A stretch of DNA of 45,281 bases from a virus (lineage: Duplodnaviria; Caudoviricetes), in the IMG/VR virus record IMGVR_UViG_3300017783_000051, positions 1 to 45,281 of that record; one strand, 5' to 3'. Made by a program: the position numbers and the translations under genes. This document shows positions 36,801 through 45,281 of this stretch, piece by piece. Numbering within the stretch: the stretch's first letter is position 1; the number at the start of each line of letters is the position of its first letter. The notes under the pieces are model-generated. The model made no database searches, had not been told where the DNA came from, and saw only the letters and a list, made by a program, of their open reading frames with translations.

Positions 36801-39800
36801 GCATTTAAAGTCAAGAATAGATTTTCATCATCTTCTGAATTTACAACAGAACCATCATCCCAATATAATTCAAATTCTTTAGTTTCACCATCAACATAAT
36901 CTGGAAGTGATCTTGTTACAGATTCTTCTCTAAGTACATCATCCAAATTAGTATATAAAGAATTAAGAGAAGCAATTACTGTGCTGCATTCCTGTTGTGG
37001 AAGCAGAGGATCCATCAAAATATTATAATTTGAATATGTTAGAGTAGGAGTCCAATTACCGCTTCTATTAGGATTTTGTTTTGTTGCCTCTACAAGTCCT
37101 TTTCCTTCAGTTAGAATAGTATTAACGATATCATGATATGTGTTTAGAGCACTCTCAACTTCTGCACAAACAGGACTTACTGAATCAACTAGAACATTTG
37201 GATCTGTAACAGCTCCTTGGTTCTTCATTGCAATAATCATTAGATCTTTTGCATATTCAAATGTAGCAACTGTTTCTGCTAATTGATAATCAATATAATA
37301 TAGTTTCTCTCCATATGGATATTGATTGTTTCTATAGTATAGTTGTGCAGCATTAACAACTTTTTCATTACCACCAAACTTGAGGTGATAAACATAAGCG
37401 TCTAAAATAAGACCAATATCTCTAGCACATTTTGTTTGTACATCGTATGTACCACTAGGAGCAAAACCACTAACAGTAACGATTGCATTTGGAACTAAGT
37501 CAAAATCACCTGGTTCAACTGTATTGATTTCAGTAACTCTACCTTCATCATCAAGTTCTGCTTTAGCAGTTGGTGTAAACTGATAAGGACCACCAACCCA
37601 GTTTAAATTAACTTGTACTGTCTCTGGATCATAACCATAACCACCATCAAGAACATTGAAGATGATTTCTTTTTTGACATCACAAGTTGCATCTAATTCT
37701 GTTGTTGGTGTCCAAGTAATACCGTCATCACCAGGAGTATTAATTCCACGAATGTAAGCAATTGGTGTTGAGAAATCAAAGTCGCCTTCTTCCGTAATCC
37801 AAATATTAGTAATCTTTCTACCGATAGTAATATCTAGAGTTGCCTGCACACCTCCAGCAAGTGTTGGAGGTCCAATATTAATTACACTATCACCTTCATC
37901 ATTAAAAAGTTCTTGCTCTATTTGTATATCATTGATTTCAATAAATCTCTGGAGAGGAATATATTCTCTATCATTTTCAATATCCCATAAATCAATAGAA
38001 GTAACTTCATTATTAACAATTACTGGAGTTCCTCTTAAACGACCTGCTAAGTCACCACTAAATGTAACTTCTGGTGGATTTGCAGGATCATAACCAGTAT
38101 TTGCACTCATGACCATCTGTCGGATCCATCCAACACTATCCAATTGAGCAGACATCTCATAACTAATTCCAGTTTGATTAGCTGGATTTACTACAGTATT
38201 TTCTGCTGGGAAACAATATAAAGTTGGTGCATGATTGAATACATAACCATCACTTTCTTTAATTTTTACAGCACCAATATCCAAACTATATTTTGTGTAT
38301 AAGTTTGCAACTGCGTTTTGTCTAGTGCTATTAGGATCTTCCCAGTTTAGAGTAGGATAATTGTTTTTTGCCCATGCTATGGAGTTACCAATAATATCTG
38401 CTCTATTAGCAGTAATTAAACTAGCACCATCATAGAAAGTACCATTATTAAGTCCACTCCACGAGAATGTTGCTTGATCAGTTCCACCAAAAGAACTAGC
38501 TGCTGTTACTGTAGAACCAGGAGGAATATCATAAGTATCGCCGCTAATAACTCGACCAGTATTCGTTGGTAGTGTTGTACCACCAGCTACAGCAGTTCCA
38601 GATAGATCTGTGATTCCAGCTGGCACACCACCACCGCCTGCAGAGTTTGCTAATGCACTACTACTTAAAGTAATTTCAGTTGCACTATCAATCGATACAA
38701 TTTTTGTTCCTGCTGGGTAAGATCTACCAGAACTAACAAACATGCCAATAGCAACATCCTCAGTGGATGTCAAGGTCATTTTATTTGTTCCTTGAATGTA
38801 GGTTACAGCAACATCAATATAATCCCAGTTACGAACAGCAAGTTTTGCTAATCTAGTTGAATATGAGAAGATAGAACTAGATGGAGTTTTATTGTTTTGG
38901 ATGTAAAGATAATCATCATCTTGATTGAAGATAGATGCATAATCAATAGTTTTGATGTTTCCACCAAATCTAATATCATGTTGATATGCATCTAAGATAG
39001 CTCTGATATTTCTTTCATAATCATCTTGCTTAGTTGCCCAATCTAAAGATGGATAAGTTTCTTTACCATAACCAATAGTTTCATTGATAATAAATTCGAC
39101 ATTCCTTTCAATTTGATTTGCGGAATCAATCCATGTGCCACTACGCTGGAAAATGTTTCTTAATTTTCTTAAGTGCTTAGTATTGTATTGATCATCCTTA
39201 AACTGGAATATCTTACCATAGAAAGTAACACCTTTATAATCAGAACCAAATTTAGATCCATCTCCTAATGGAGGATTGGCAAATGTAATCTGATCGCCAC
39301 TAATAGTATAAGCAACTTCAGGTTCTTGAATAACACCATCAAGAGTTACAATAACTCCTTTAGCTGATGCAGGTGTGAATGGTGTACCTAAATCACTAAG
39401 AATTTGGAATGTTTTAGTTCCTTGTAATTTACCATCAGTATCATAGTAACCATCAAATGCACTGCCAAGAGAAAATTCTAAAGCACGAACTTCATTAAAT
39501 AAGAACTCACTACGTGCTGCAGTACCAACTCCTCTACGAATTCTAGTATTCTCTACTTTTTGAATAGTTTGAGTAAGTATCTGCTTAGTGCTCTCAACTG
39601 TAATTCTATTTTTATCTGGATCCCAAAGTTGTACAACACTGAAATGTGATGCCTTTGGCATTTCTGCTGGCATTTCTGAGCTAGCAGTTCCTTCTACATC
39701 AACCTGACCAAATAACTTAAATCCTGCAGGGTGTGTAGTAGATTTAATTAAATCACGCCACTGTTCAATAGATGTTTTTGATTTAACAACATATGAATAA

Positions 39801-42800
39801 TCTTGGTAGAAGAAGCTATCAGTAATTTTTTGGTTTGATACACCAAGTTTACCTTTGTCTGAACTATAGAATCCCAAGTTATCATAGAAACTATTAATAT
39901 CTTCAGCAAAGGTAGTTACAAATACAGATTTAACTTTACCATATACATTAGATAGAATTGATTCAACATTAATACCCTTACGTATGATACCTGTAGTATT
40001 TTTAATTTTTAATAAATTTGAACCAAATCTCCACTCTGCTACTGTTCCTCGGAACACTACAACATTATTAATTTTTTGAACTACTTGTTCACCACTTTTA
40101 AAATTGCCATTAAAGTTTGTTAAAGCAAGAATATAATTTGAACTGAATGTGGATGCTACAGTTTTGTCTAAATGGAATGCTCCACCATTTGTAGTAATGT
40201 TTACACTACGAGGAACACCAATACTAGTGCTTTCAACATATGCATCAACTTCACCTTCAACAATAATAATCTCTGGTGCATAAGTATAACCTCTTCCTGG
40301 TTTCTTTACAGTAATAAATGAGATTTCTCCATTTCTTACGAGAACTTCAAAAATAGCATCAGATCCATCAGCATCAACAACAAATACTTTAGGATTTACA
40401 TAATTCTGTCCGTTGTTTGTAACTTCTACCCCTGTTATAACCTGAGAATCTACATCAAATAAAACTTTAGCAGTTGCTCTATATGGGGTGGTAGGATCAG
40501 CACCAACAATAACAGGAACTTTTTTGTAGTTCAGTCCTAAGTTGACAATACCTATCGAGTTAATCTTTCCGATAGCGAACTGACCAGTAGTAGTATAAGA
40601 AATGGTTCCAGAACCGTCCCAGAGAGGATCGCTAGGAACATCATAAACAAAACGAGTGGGCGTAACATAGTTTACTTCTTTAACACCTTGCAATGGATCA
40701 GTAACAATTCTGAAATATGCTCCATTAGAAGTAACTACATTTTTTCTATCAAAGTAATAGAAGTTAGTAAAATCAGTTCCCACTTTTGTCTGATAGTTGT
40801 TACCAGCAAGTCGTGAACCAAATCCAAACTTGACATCAGTAAATGCTCCTGGGTTACCAGGGAGAATTGTAGATTCTAATTTTTCATCAGTAATTAAGTT
40901 ATAGTTGTTACTTGGACTAATATCAAAATATGTTCCAGTTAAACTAGGATGTGATGTATCAAAGCTATACTTGTAGAACTCTTGTAAATCAATATTTGGA
41001 TTTGCAACAAAGTTAACGTTGTCTGTTGAGAATTCAAATTTGTATTCAATTTCTGTAGCAGAGTTAATCGATACTAATCTTTGAGGTGTGCTAGAATCAA
41101 AGAAACTAGAACTTAATACTAATTTGGTTGCATTGGATATTAATGTACCATAATCATAAACAATTTTAATTTTTTGTGTGTCGGGATCGTATGATTGGAT
41201 GTACCCAGAATTAGAACCATCAAAAATTTGATAGTTAGCAGCAAAATTATATCTTGGTTTGTAAATTGTTACTTCTTGCTCATCAAAATGATCTACATCT
41301 TCAGTACCCTCTTCACCTCTGGATACAATAAATTCATTTCCAACAATATTTTCAATTTTAATAACTTCTTCACCAATTTTGATTAGATCTCCAGTTGCAA
41401 ATCCTAAAGAACTATCTACAGTAATTTTAGTACCACCAGAAGGAATACCAACATGTCCAACATAGATGGTAAATCTTACTGTAGATACAGAAGCAGCAGA
41501 TCTTACTAGAGATTCATCATCAACACCAAGATAATCTCCTCTTTGATATCCAATACCAGTATTTTGTAATTGAATATCAGAAACTATACCAGCTGCAGAT
41601 ACAGTGAATGTAGCAGTAGCTTCAGTACCTGATCCACTAGTAAGGGGAACATTAGTATACGTTCCAGGAGTATAATCAGCTCCACCATTTAGAACTTCAA
41701 AACGACCAATACCAGTTGAGTCAATTTTAGTTTTACTCTTAGGTGGTACTAATGTTGCTTCTTGATATAATCTCTTTCTCAGATAATAATTTTTAGTTTT
41801 AATTGCATCATCAGGATTAATATCAATTGTTACTTTATCACCGATACCTAATCCATGTGGTGTTGATGTCTCAATCAATGCAACACTTTGATTAACTTCA
41901 AATGGATTCAACCCATCACTAAGTGAAGTGATACGAACTAATTGAGTTCCAGAAGTATTAAACAAGTTACTTGACTGGAGGAAGTAGTCATCATTAACAA
42001 TCCATGTTCCACTAAGGACCTTAATCTCTACTACATTTTGACTACTAGTTCCTTCTAGAACTTCACCAGTAGCAACAGGAGCATTGATACCATCAGTTAA
42101 ACTTAATACTGCTCCTTTTGTGTAAGAACTTCTCTGATCGAGAAGCATAGTGAAAGTTTTAATAGTTGCAGAGAAAGTTCCAGTTTCATCAAATGTACCA
42201 TTAACGTTTCTTAGTACAATTGTATTATCATTCTTTACTGTACCGACAATAGAACCAGAAGCACCAGATGATGGTTGATTCAGTGTGTCATTAGCAAATA
42301 GATATGCATTTTGAATAGTTGTTAATCTTACAACTTTATCTTCCTTGGATTCTAGATAGTTTACAGGTTGTCCAGTAACAGAAGATACAATTGCTTCTAC
42401 TTCAGATCCTTCTGTGCCTTTGTTATCAAATCTAATTTTAGAATTGATGGAGAAGTTAGGTGAAGTATCTTCTACATTAATTGCTTCTACATTTCCTTGT
42501 CTTACCTCTGCAACCTGTGCAATAACACCTTCACCATTTCTCTGCATTCCAGGTTGGTAGAATCTCTTCGAGTTCTTAGGAACTTCATTCTGACTGATAT
42601 TGGAATTGTAGTTGCTATCAACTGGTAGGGAGTAGAAATTTTCTCCTAGAATGTATGGGTATTGCGGTACTTGATTGCTATCAATAGTAAGGAAATAAGC
42701 ATAAGTTCCTTTCGGAAAGTCGGGGGTAACTGTAAATCTTCCATTGTTTTCGTCTAACGTGCCACTCTTATGAGTGTAGGTATAGTCATTAACAAATGTT

Positions 42801-45229
42801 CCAATTGGATATGTTCTTTGTGAAGGTCCCTCAGACCTTGCTCCATTAATAGAATAACCAGATGTCATTCTAATAATAGAAGATGATGCATCTAGAGGGT
42901 TCTCATGACCAAATGGACCGTAAATTGGATTGCCATCATAAGCGAATCCAATAATAGGAGAGTGAGTTTTTGTACTGGGTTCAGATCCTGCATTGTTGAT
43001 GTTGTCATTAAGAGCAACACGCAAAGCTTTAGGATTGGCAGCATAACCATAACCATATTCTAATATGTTATTATAATTTGCAAATACATAACCATTTTCT
43101 GTGTCTAAGACATTTTCAATTTTATTGTATCTGTTATAGTTCCACTCTTTAAGAAGTGGAATACCAGATGCACCACTACCAACTGGAACGACATCAACAA
43201 CAACAGTATCCTGATTATAGAAATTACCTTCTGCAATCATTTCAAATCCAGTGATCTTACCTTCAGTATCAACAACAGAAAGGTATTCAGCAAATCTACC
43301 ACGTCCTGCAGCGTCTCTAACAATGATTAAAGGAGCAGAGGAGTAGAATTCACCAGGATTGTTAATAACTAAACTAGTGACTTTACCGCCCGTTACAACT
43401 GCACTGACAGATGCATTACGTCCAGAAGTGATAGTAATATCAGGAGTTCTTGGGAACACATCATTTGTGTCTACAACAATTCTTTCAACAACCTGACCAG
43501 CAAGAATTGCTCTTGCTTTATTAGGAACTTGATCAACCAACACAAAAGGTGGTTTGGAATAACCAGTTCCTCTTAGGTCAATTCTAACTTCTTCTAATTT
43601 TCCATAGCGAATACTTTCTGGATCTTTGTATCCATAAAAAGGAACACCATTTAAAGCAATACCAACATCACGCTTTGGTGTTTTGTACTTCTCTGTAGTT
43701 CTAATTGCTTCTTTTCTGATAAGACGAAGAATTTTTTGATCTAATAATTCTTCATTAACAGTTGATCCATCTAAAATTTTATGTGATGGATAACTAGAAC
43801 TTGCAATATAGTAATACTGTTCATCTGCCAAAATAGCAGAAACGTTAGTAGATATCCCATCAAGAGAAGATTCTACTGTAGGTAGTGTAGGTACATCTGC
43901 ATTAGTACCAGAGTTTAATAACCACCTTGGAGTGTTTGTGCCAGTTTGCACAATCTTGGGATCAGATGTCTCAAATCCTGGATTGGAAACTTGAATAGTA
44001 TCCCCAATTGCAGCATATGGTTGTGCATCAGAAGGCAGTAAGTTGTATATAATACCAAATGTTAGAAGAGTAACATTAGTTCCCTTTAAAACTACTGGTT
44101 TGTATACAGGAGTATCTGCATCATGAGGTAAAGAAGTAGAAGCTTCTCTTTTCTTGATGATGAACTGGTCAACTGTCTTATCATCAAACTCAATGGTCTC
44201 ATCACCAATTAAAACTGATCCTGTGAGATCCCAACCAAGGGTTGAGAATACATCAATTCTATCCCCTGAGATCTCTGTCCCTGACAGGGGTTTGCGGAGT
44301 TTAGTTTTTGTAGATACACCAAATGCACCGTTAACAGTTTCAGTTGCTAGTACAATATTAAAAATTTGCTCACTATCTGATGTACCATCAGCAAATACAT
44401 TATCAACTACAGCATCAGCGTAACCATACTCTTCAGTTGGTTCTTGTACAATCTTTGTACCAATCAGATCTTTAGGATTGCCACTGACAATCTTACACTT
44501 AAGTGCATAGATGTTGACCCAATCACTATTAGATGATTTATATGTAAATTCTCTTGGGTTGTAGGTCTCTGGAATATCTCTACTTGTATTAGAGATAATA
44601 GAATTGAAAACAAACCTGATAGATGCGCCTGTTCCCTTGGTTTTGTAGAACTGCCTGATATTCTTAATCAGGGTTCTCTTGTCTACATCACCTTTTAAAT
44701 ACTTTTGTGGGAAAGATGAAAGATACTGTGACTCAAAACTCTTAATGAGAGCATAGAGAAATAAGTTACTTACATTGTGTACTACAGCACCAGAGTTGTG
44801 TGGTGCAGAATCAGTAGTAACAAATGTGGATTCCTCATACAAGTCACCTAGAGTTGTATTACCACTCACACCTCTAGAACACTCACTTAGGGTAGTGTCA
44901 GTTCTTGTAGAGTAAAAAATAATTTCGTCATCAATTCTAACGTAACCATTCTTCTCAGGGAATGAAGATGCATCCTGAAGAACGATAGTAGTATCAGAAT
45001 TTGTAATAGTAGCATCTAGAATAGTATTCTCTTTAAGCAGGTTTTGCTCATAGAGATTAATATCGTTATACTCTAGAAGATTATTGGCAATATCTAATGG
45101 TTGCCCAGAACTTTCTTGCGCCTCATAATACTTCTCTACAAATTTAGAGAAGAGAGGATATTCATCTACAATAAAGCTCGGAAGTTGCGACTCGATAAGA
45201 GTAGAAATTTTCTTGGTTCTGATAGCCAT
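33827..45229 (-). CDS. gp7: Giant baseplate wedge protein (gp7 position, 3800 aa)
   Basis: Motifs KISTLIESQLPSF...F..FVEKYY, LIKNIRQFYKTKGT..SIRFVF and ITDSFFYQDYSYVVKS...HPAGFKLFG; lies between gp6 and gp8; carries many inserted accessory domains. Confidence 0.8.
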   Translation of the reverse strand: MAIRTKKISTLIESQLPSFIVDEYPLFSKFVEKYYEAQESSGQPLDIANNLLEYNDINLYEQNLLKENTILDATITNSDTTIVLQDASSFPEKNGYVRIDDEIIFYSTRTDTTLSECSRGVSGNTTLGDLYEESTFVTTDSAPHNSGAVVHNVSNLFLYALIKSFESQYLSSFPQKYLKGDVDKRTLIKNIRQFYKTKGTGASIRFVFNSIISNTSRDIPETYNPREFTYKSSNSDWVNIYALKCKIVSGNPKDLIGTKIVQEPTEEYGYADAVVDNVFADGTSDSEQIFNIVLATETVNGAFGVSTKTKLRKPLSGTEISGDRIDVFSTLGWDLTGSVLIGDETIEFDDKTVDQFIIKKREASTSLPHDADTPVYKPVVLKGTNVTLLTFGIIYNLLPSDAQPYAAIGDTIQVSNPGFETSDPKIVQTGTNTPRWLLNSGTNADVPTLPTVESSLDGISTNVSAILADEQYYYIASSSYPSHKILDGSTVNEELLDQKILRLIRKEAIRTTEKYKTPKRDVGIALNGVPFYGYKDPESIRYGKLEEVRIDLRGTGYSKPPFVLVDQVPNKARAILAGQVVERIVVDTNDVFPRTPDITITSGRNASVSAVVTGGKVTSLVINNPGEFYSSAPLIIVRDAAGRGRFAEYLSVVDTEGKITGFEMIAEGNFYNQDTVVVDVVPVGSGASGIPLLKEWNYNRYNKIENVLDTENGYVFANYNNILEYGYGYAANPKALRVALNDNINNAGSEPSTKTHSPIIGFAYDGNPIYGPFGHENPLDASSSIIRMTSGYSINGARSEGPSQRTYPIGTFVNDYTYTHKSGTLDENNGRFTVTPDFPKGTYAYFLTIDSNQVPQYPYILGENFYSLPVDSNYNSNISQNEVPKNSKRFYQPGMQRNGEGVIAQVAEVRQGNVEAINVEDTSPNFSINSKIRFDNKGTEGSEVEAIVSSVTGQPVNYLESKEDKVVRLTTIQNAYLFANDTLNQPSSGASGSIVGTVKNDNTIVLRNVNGTFDETGTFSATIKTFTMLLDQRSSYTKGAVLSLTDGINAPVATGEVLEGTSSQNVVEIKVLSGTWIVNDDYFLQSSNLFNTSGTQLVRITSLSDGLNPFEVNQSVALIETSTPHGLGIGDKVTIDINPDDAIKTKNYYLRKRLYQEATLVPPKSKTKIDSTGIGRFEVLNGGADYTPGTYTNVPLTSGSGTEATATFTVSAAGIVSDIQLQNTGIGYQRGDYLGVDDESLVRSAASVSTVRFTIYVGHVGIPSGGTKITVDSSLGFATGDLIKIGEEVIKIENIVGNEFIVSRGEEGTEDVDHFDEQEVTIYKPRYNFAANYQIFDGSNSGYIQSYDPDTQKIKIVYDYGTLISNATKLVLSSSFFDSSTPQRLVSINSATEIEYKFEFSTDNVNFVANPNIDLQEFYKYSFDTSHPSLTGTYFDISPSNNYNLITDEKLESTILPGNPGAFTDVKFGFGSRLAGNNYQTKVGTDFTNFYYFDRKNVVTSNGAYFRIVTDPLQGVKEVNYVTPTRFVYDVPSDPLWDGSGTISYTTTGQFAIGKINSIGIVNLGLNYKKVPVIVGADPTTPYRATAKVLFDVDSQVITGVEVTNNGQNYVNPKVFVVDADGSDAIFEVLVRNGEISFITVKKPGRGYTYAPEIIIVEGEVDAYVESTSIGVPRSVNITTNGGAFHLDKTVASTFSSNYILALTNFNGNFKSGEQVVQKINNVVVFRGTVAEWRFGSNLLKIKNTTGIIRKGINVESILSNVYGKVKSVFVTTFAEDINSFYDNLGFYSSDKGKLGVSNQKITDSFFYQDYSYVVKSKTSIEQWRDLIKSTTHPAGFKLFGQVDVEGTASSEMPAEMPKASHFSVVQLWDPDKNRITVESTKQILTQTIQKVENTRIRRGVGTAARSEFLFNEVRALEFSLGSAFDGYYDTDGKLQGTKTFQILSDLGTPFTPASAKGVIVTLDGVIQEPEVAYTISGDQITFANPPLGDGSKFGSDYKGVTFYGKIFQFKDDQYNTKHLRKLRNIFQRSGTWIDSANQIERNVEFIINETIGYGKETYPSLDWATKQDDYERNIRAILDAYQHDIRFGGNIKTIDYASIFNQDDDYLYIQNNKTPSSSIFSYSTRLAKLAVRNWDYIDVAVTYIQGTNKMTLTSTEDVAIGMFVSSGRSYPAGTKIVSIDSATEITLSSSALANSAGGGGVPAGITDLSGTAVAGGTTLPTNTGRVISGDTYDIPPGSTVTAASSFGGTDQATFSWSGLNNGTFYDGASLITANRADIIGNSIAWAKNNYPTLNWEDPNSTRQNAVANLYTKYSLDIGAVKIKESDGYVFNHAPTLYCFPAENTVVNPANQTGISYEMSAQLDSVGWIRQMVMSANTGYDPANPPEVTFSGDLAGRLRGTPVIVNNEVTSIDLWDIENDREYIPLQRFIEINDIQIEQELFNDEGDSVINIGPPTLAGGVQATLDITIGRKITNIWITEEGDFDFSTPIAYIRGINTPGDDGITWTPTTELDATCDVKKEIIFNVLDGGYGYDPETVQVNLNWVGGPYQFTPTAKAELDDEGRVTEINTVEPGDFDLVPNAIVTVSGFAPSGTYDVQTKCARDIGLILDAYVYHLKFGGNEKVVNAAQLYYRNNQYPYGEKLYYIDYQLAETVATFEYAKDLMIIAMKNQGAVTDPNVLVDSVSPVCAEVESALNTYHDIVNTILTEGKGLVEATKQNPNRSGNWTPTLTYSNYNILMDPLLPQQECSTVIASLNSLYTNLDDVLREESVTRSLPDYVDGETKEFELYWDDGSVVNSEDDENLFLTLNAVLQRPKFTQGYPLEDSYFIDRTVIPNLIKFDVAPIWDQDIGAKTIGEPTAVEKVVGIGVGNYKRLTIDYNLVNDVRNGPFLILDVEDYTVQSIEAEDALYVFLDGVLQRKGYSYSVAGPNITFNVPIKKEMKIDIRYLYGRDVGQVLNIYDYSPDTYFAQGEFTFDSSQSILDEYFKYSWMGDAIGSAIHVWQIKSDGTYNVIGELSNGGQSGGTAQFNLKCQNPVPIDGLDYVFAVKGKYTRTYTITDSDISNVSIVFKKDEYNRKLLRDDNALWYGTFFRKTYKQPFVYLSSGDKIRVDGEEGFRNIKQLPQEATSKDGRDGEQTTDDIFGTISVERYTGITRGEGLSVVATIENGSVTELTWNQRSYDPITQPTAYQYYTPPVLKFESLDGNGGGARANVLVSKGQVISVDLIDGGNGYTTAPKVITTRQFDILSEREIGVSIINVAINPYVETSGMTAISTIDILGNRLAGVNSYSSVDLQSPADVDRDIEAVIQTGQTGLPTSNIVGDGFDMPGDSDQPGVVELGFFIETQPIENALLIQHNASVVSAEIQDIITVNSISTVSKAITTTIQNLIPNDALSNVNYFENAAYLDVDFNIGDYIAYIPDTSKFYGTGFLLIGDEVVSYNRKLSDRFINIIRARRGTTEKDWTAGTFLRQIPELVSVAPVGVAQIESASQLVTVSGGAVTGRTEQRSNYQIVIDRQTVIVSTDIEVDLQQQLFVDSISEVTTRVATTIETPLNDVISTQTVHNQTIVRNELQTVQTEFILQKNQLEVLLFTPPGGVVDGYEEEVFLTDPLPVRAGNTNGGHDSEVDLIDVGGNYYAVRRDSTETLVTNLLSGSVVEYIGNYTKTNAGHTISHFDGIFDDGASNVSGLTIQEMNIYFGSLTIEDFTERADSSYTLAGDKFNIMPPSIQNPVAISSSAGTIGGNIIVQDTNYFPNDGYLFTTGGTVIKYTGKTSTSFTGCTLIRGTNSIANGHELVPFAIF

Positions 45230-45234
45230 CTAAG

Positions 45235-45281
45235 TTACTCTTTGTATGCAATAAAGGATGAATTTGCTACATCAACATCAA
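45235..45281 (-). CDS. gp6: Baseplate wedge gp6, C-terminal fragment (runs off the window edge)
   Basis: Manual translation gives DVDVANSSFIAYKE-stop, ending 5 nt before the gp7 ATG. The call rests mainly on synteny and resemblance to cyanophage gp6 C-termini. Confidence 0.6.
   Translation of the reverse strand, partial: DVDVANSSFIAYKE

Noticed and set aside
725-44423. Many plus-strand ORFs of 60-150 aa in the ORF track
   Set aside because: All lie antisense to long minus-strand genes. They are shadow ORFs from biased codon usage (e.g. Pro-rich from GGT Gly codons) and have no recognisable motifs.
33827-45229. Inteins, introns or homing endonucleases explaining the giant ORF sizes
   Set aside because: No intein splice motifs or LAGLIDADG/HNH/GIY-YIG signatures were noticed; the insertions consist of structural-type modules.
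1-45281. tRNA or other structured RNA genes
   Set aside because: Intergenic gaps are about 100 nt or less and are accounted for by promoters and terminators; no cloverleaf was seen.

Overview
This is a segment of a T4-like marine cyanomyophage genome (Synechococcus/Prochlorococcus myovirus type). All credible genes lie on the minus strand. In transcription order (right to left): the C-terminus of baseplate wedge gp6; a 3800-aa gp7-position baseplate protein; gp8; a 2695-aa VrlC/DUF4815-type virion protein; several large fibre or tailspike-like virion proteins (1414 aa, 3034 aa) with small partners; an accessory island; and the start of neck protein gp13. T4-type late promoters (TATAAATA/CTAAATA) sit at most of the larger gene junctions. 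The standout is the roughly 9-kb island at 358-9627. Two glycine-rich adhesin-like genes with a shared N-terminal module bracket a tightly coupled run of nine 2OG-Fe(II) oxygenase genes from several subfamilies. The run also includes a QueG/reductive-dehalogenase-like double Fe-S protein, a possible catalytically dead oxygenase and a putative fibre chaperone. It reads like a late-expressed tailoring cluster for virion adhesins, which is inference. Also notable: a phycocyanin-like KCARDIG motif in helical repeats of the giant virion proteins, a complete type-1 copper ligand set in a fibre protein, and repeated domain-in-domain insertions. Family assignments come from motif recognition by eye; no database searches were run.
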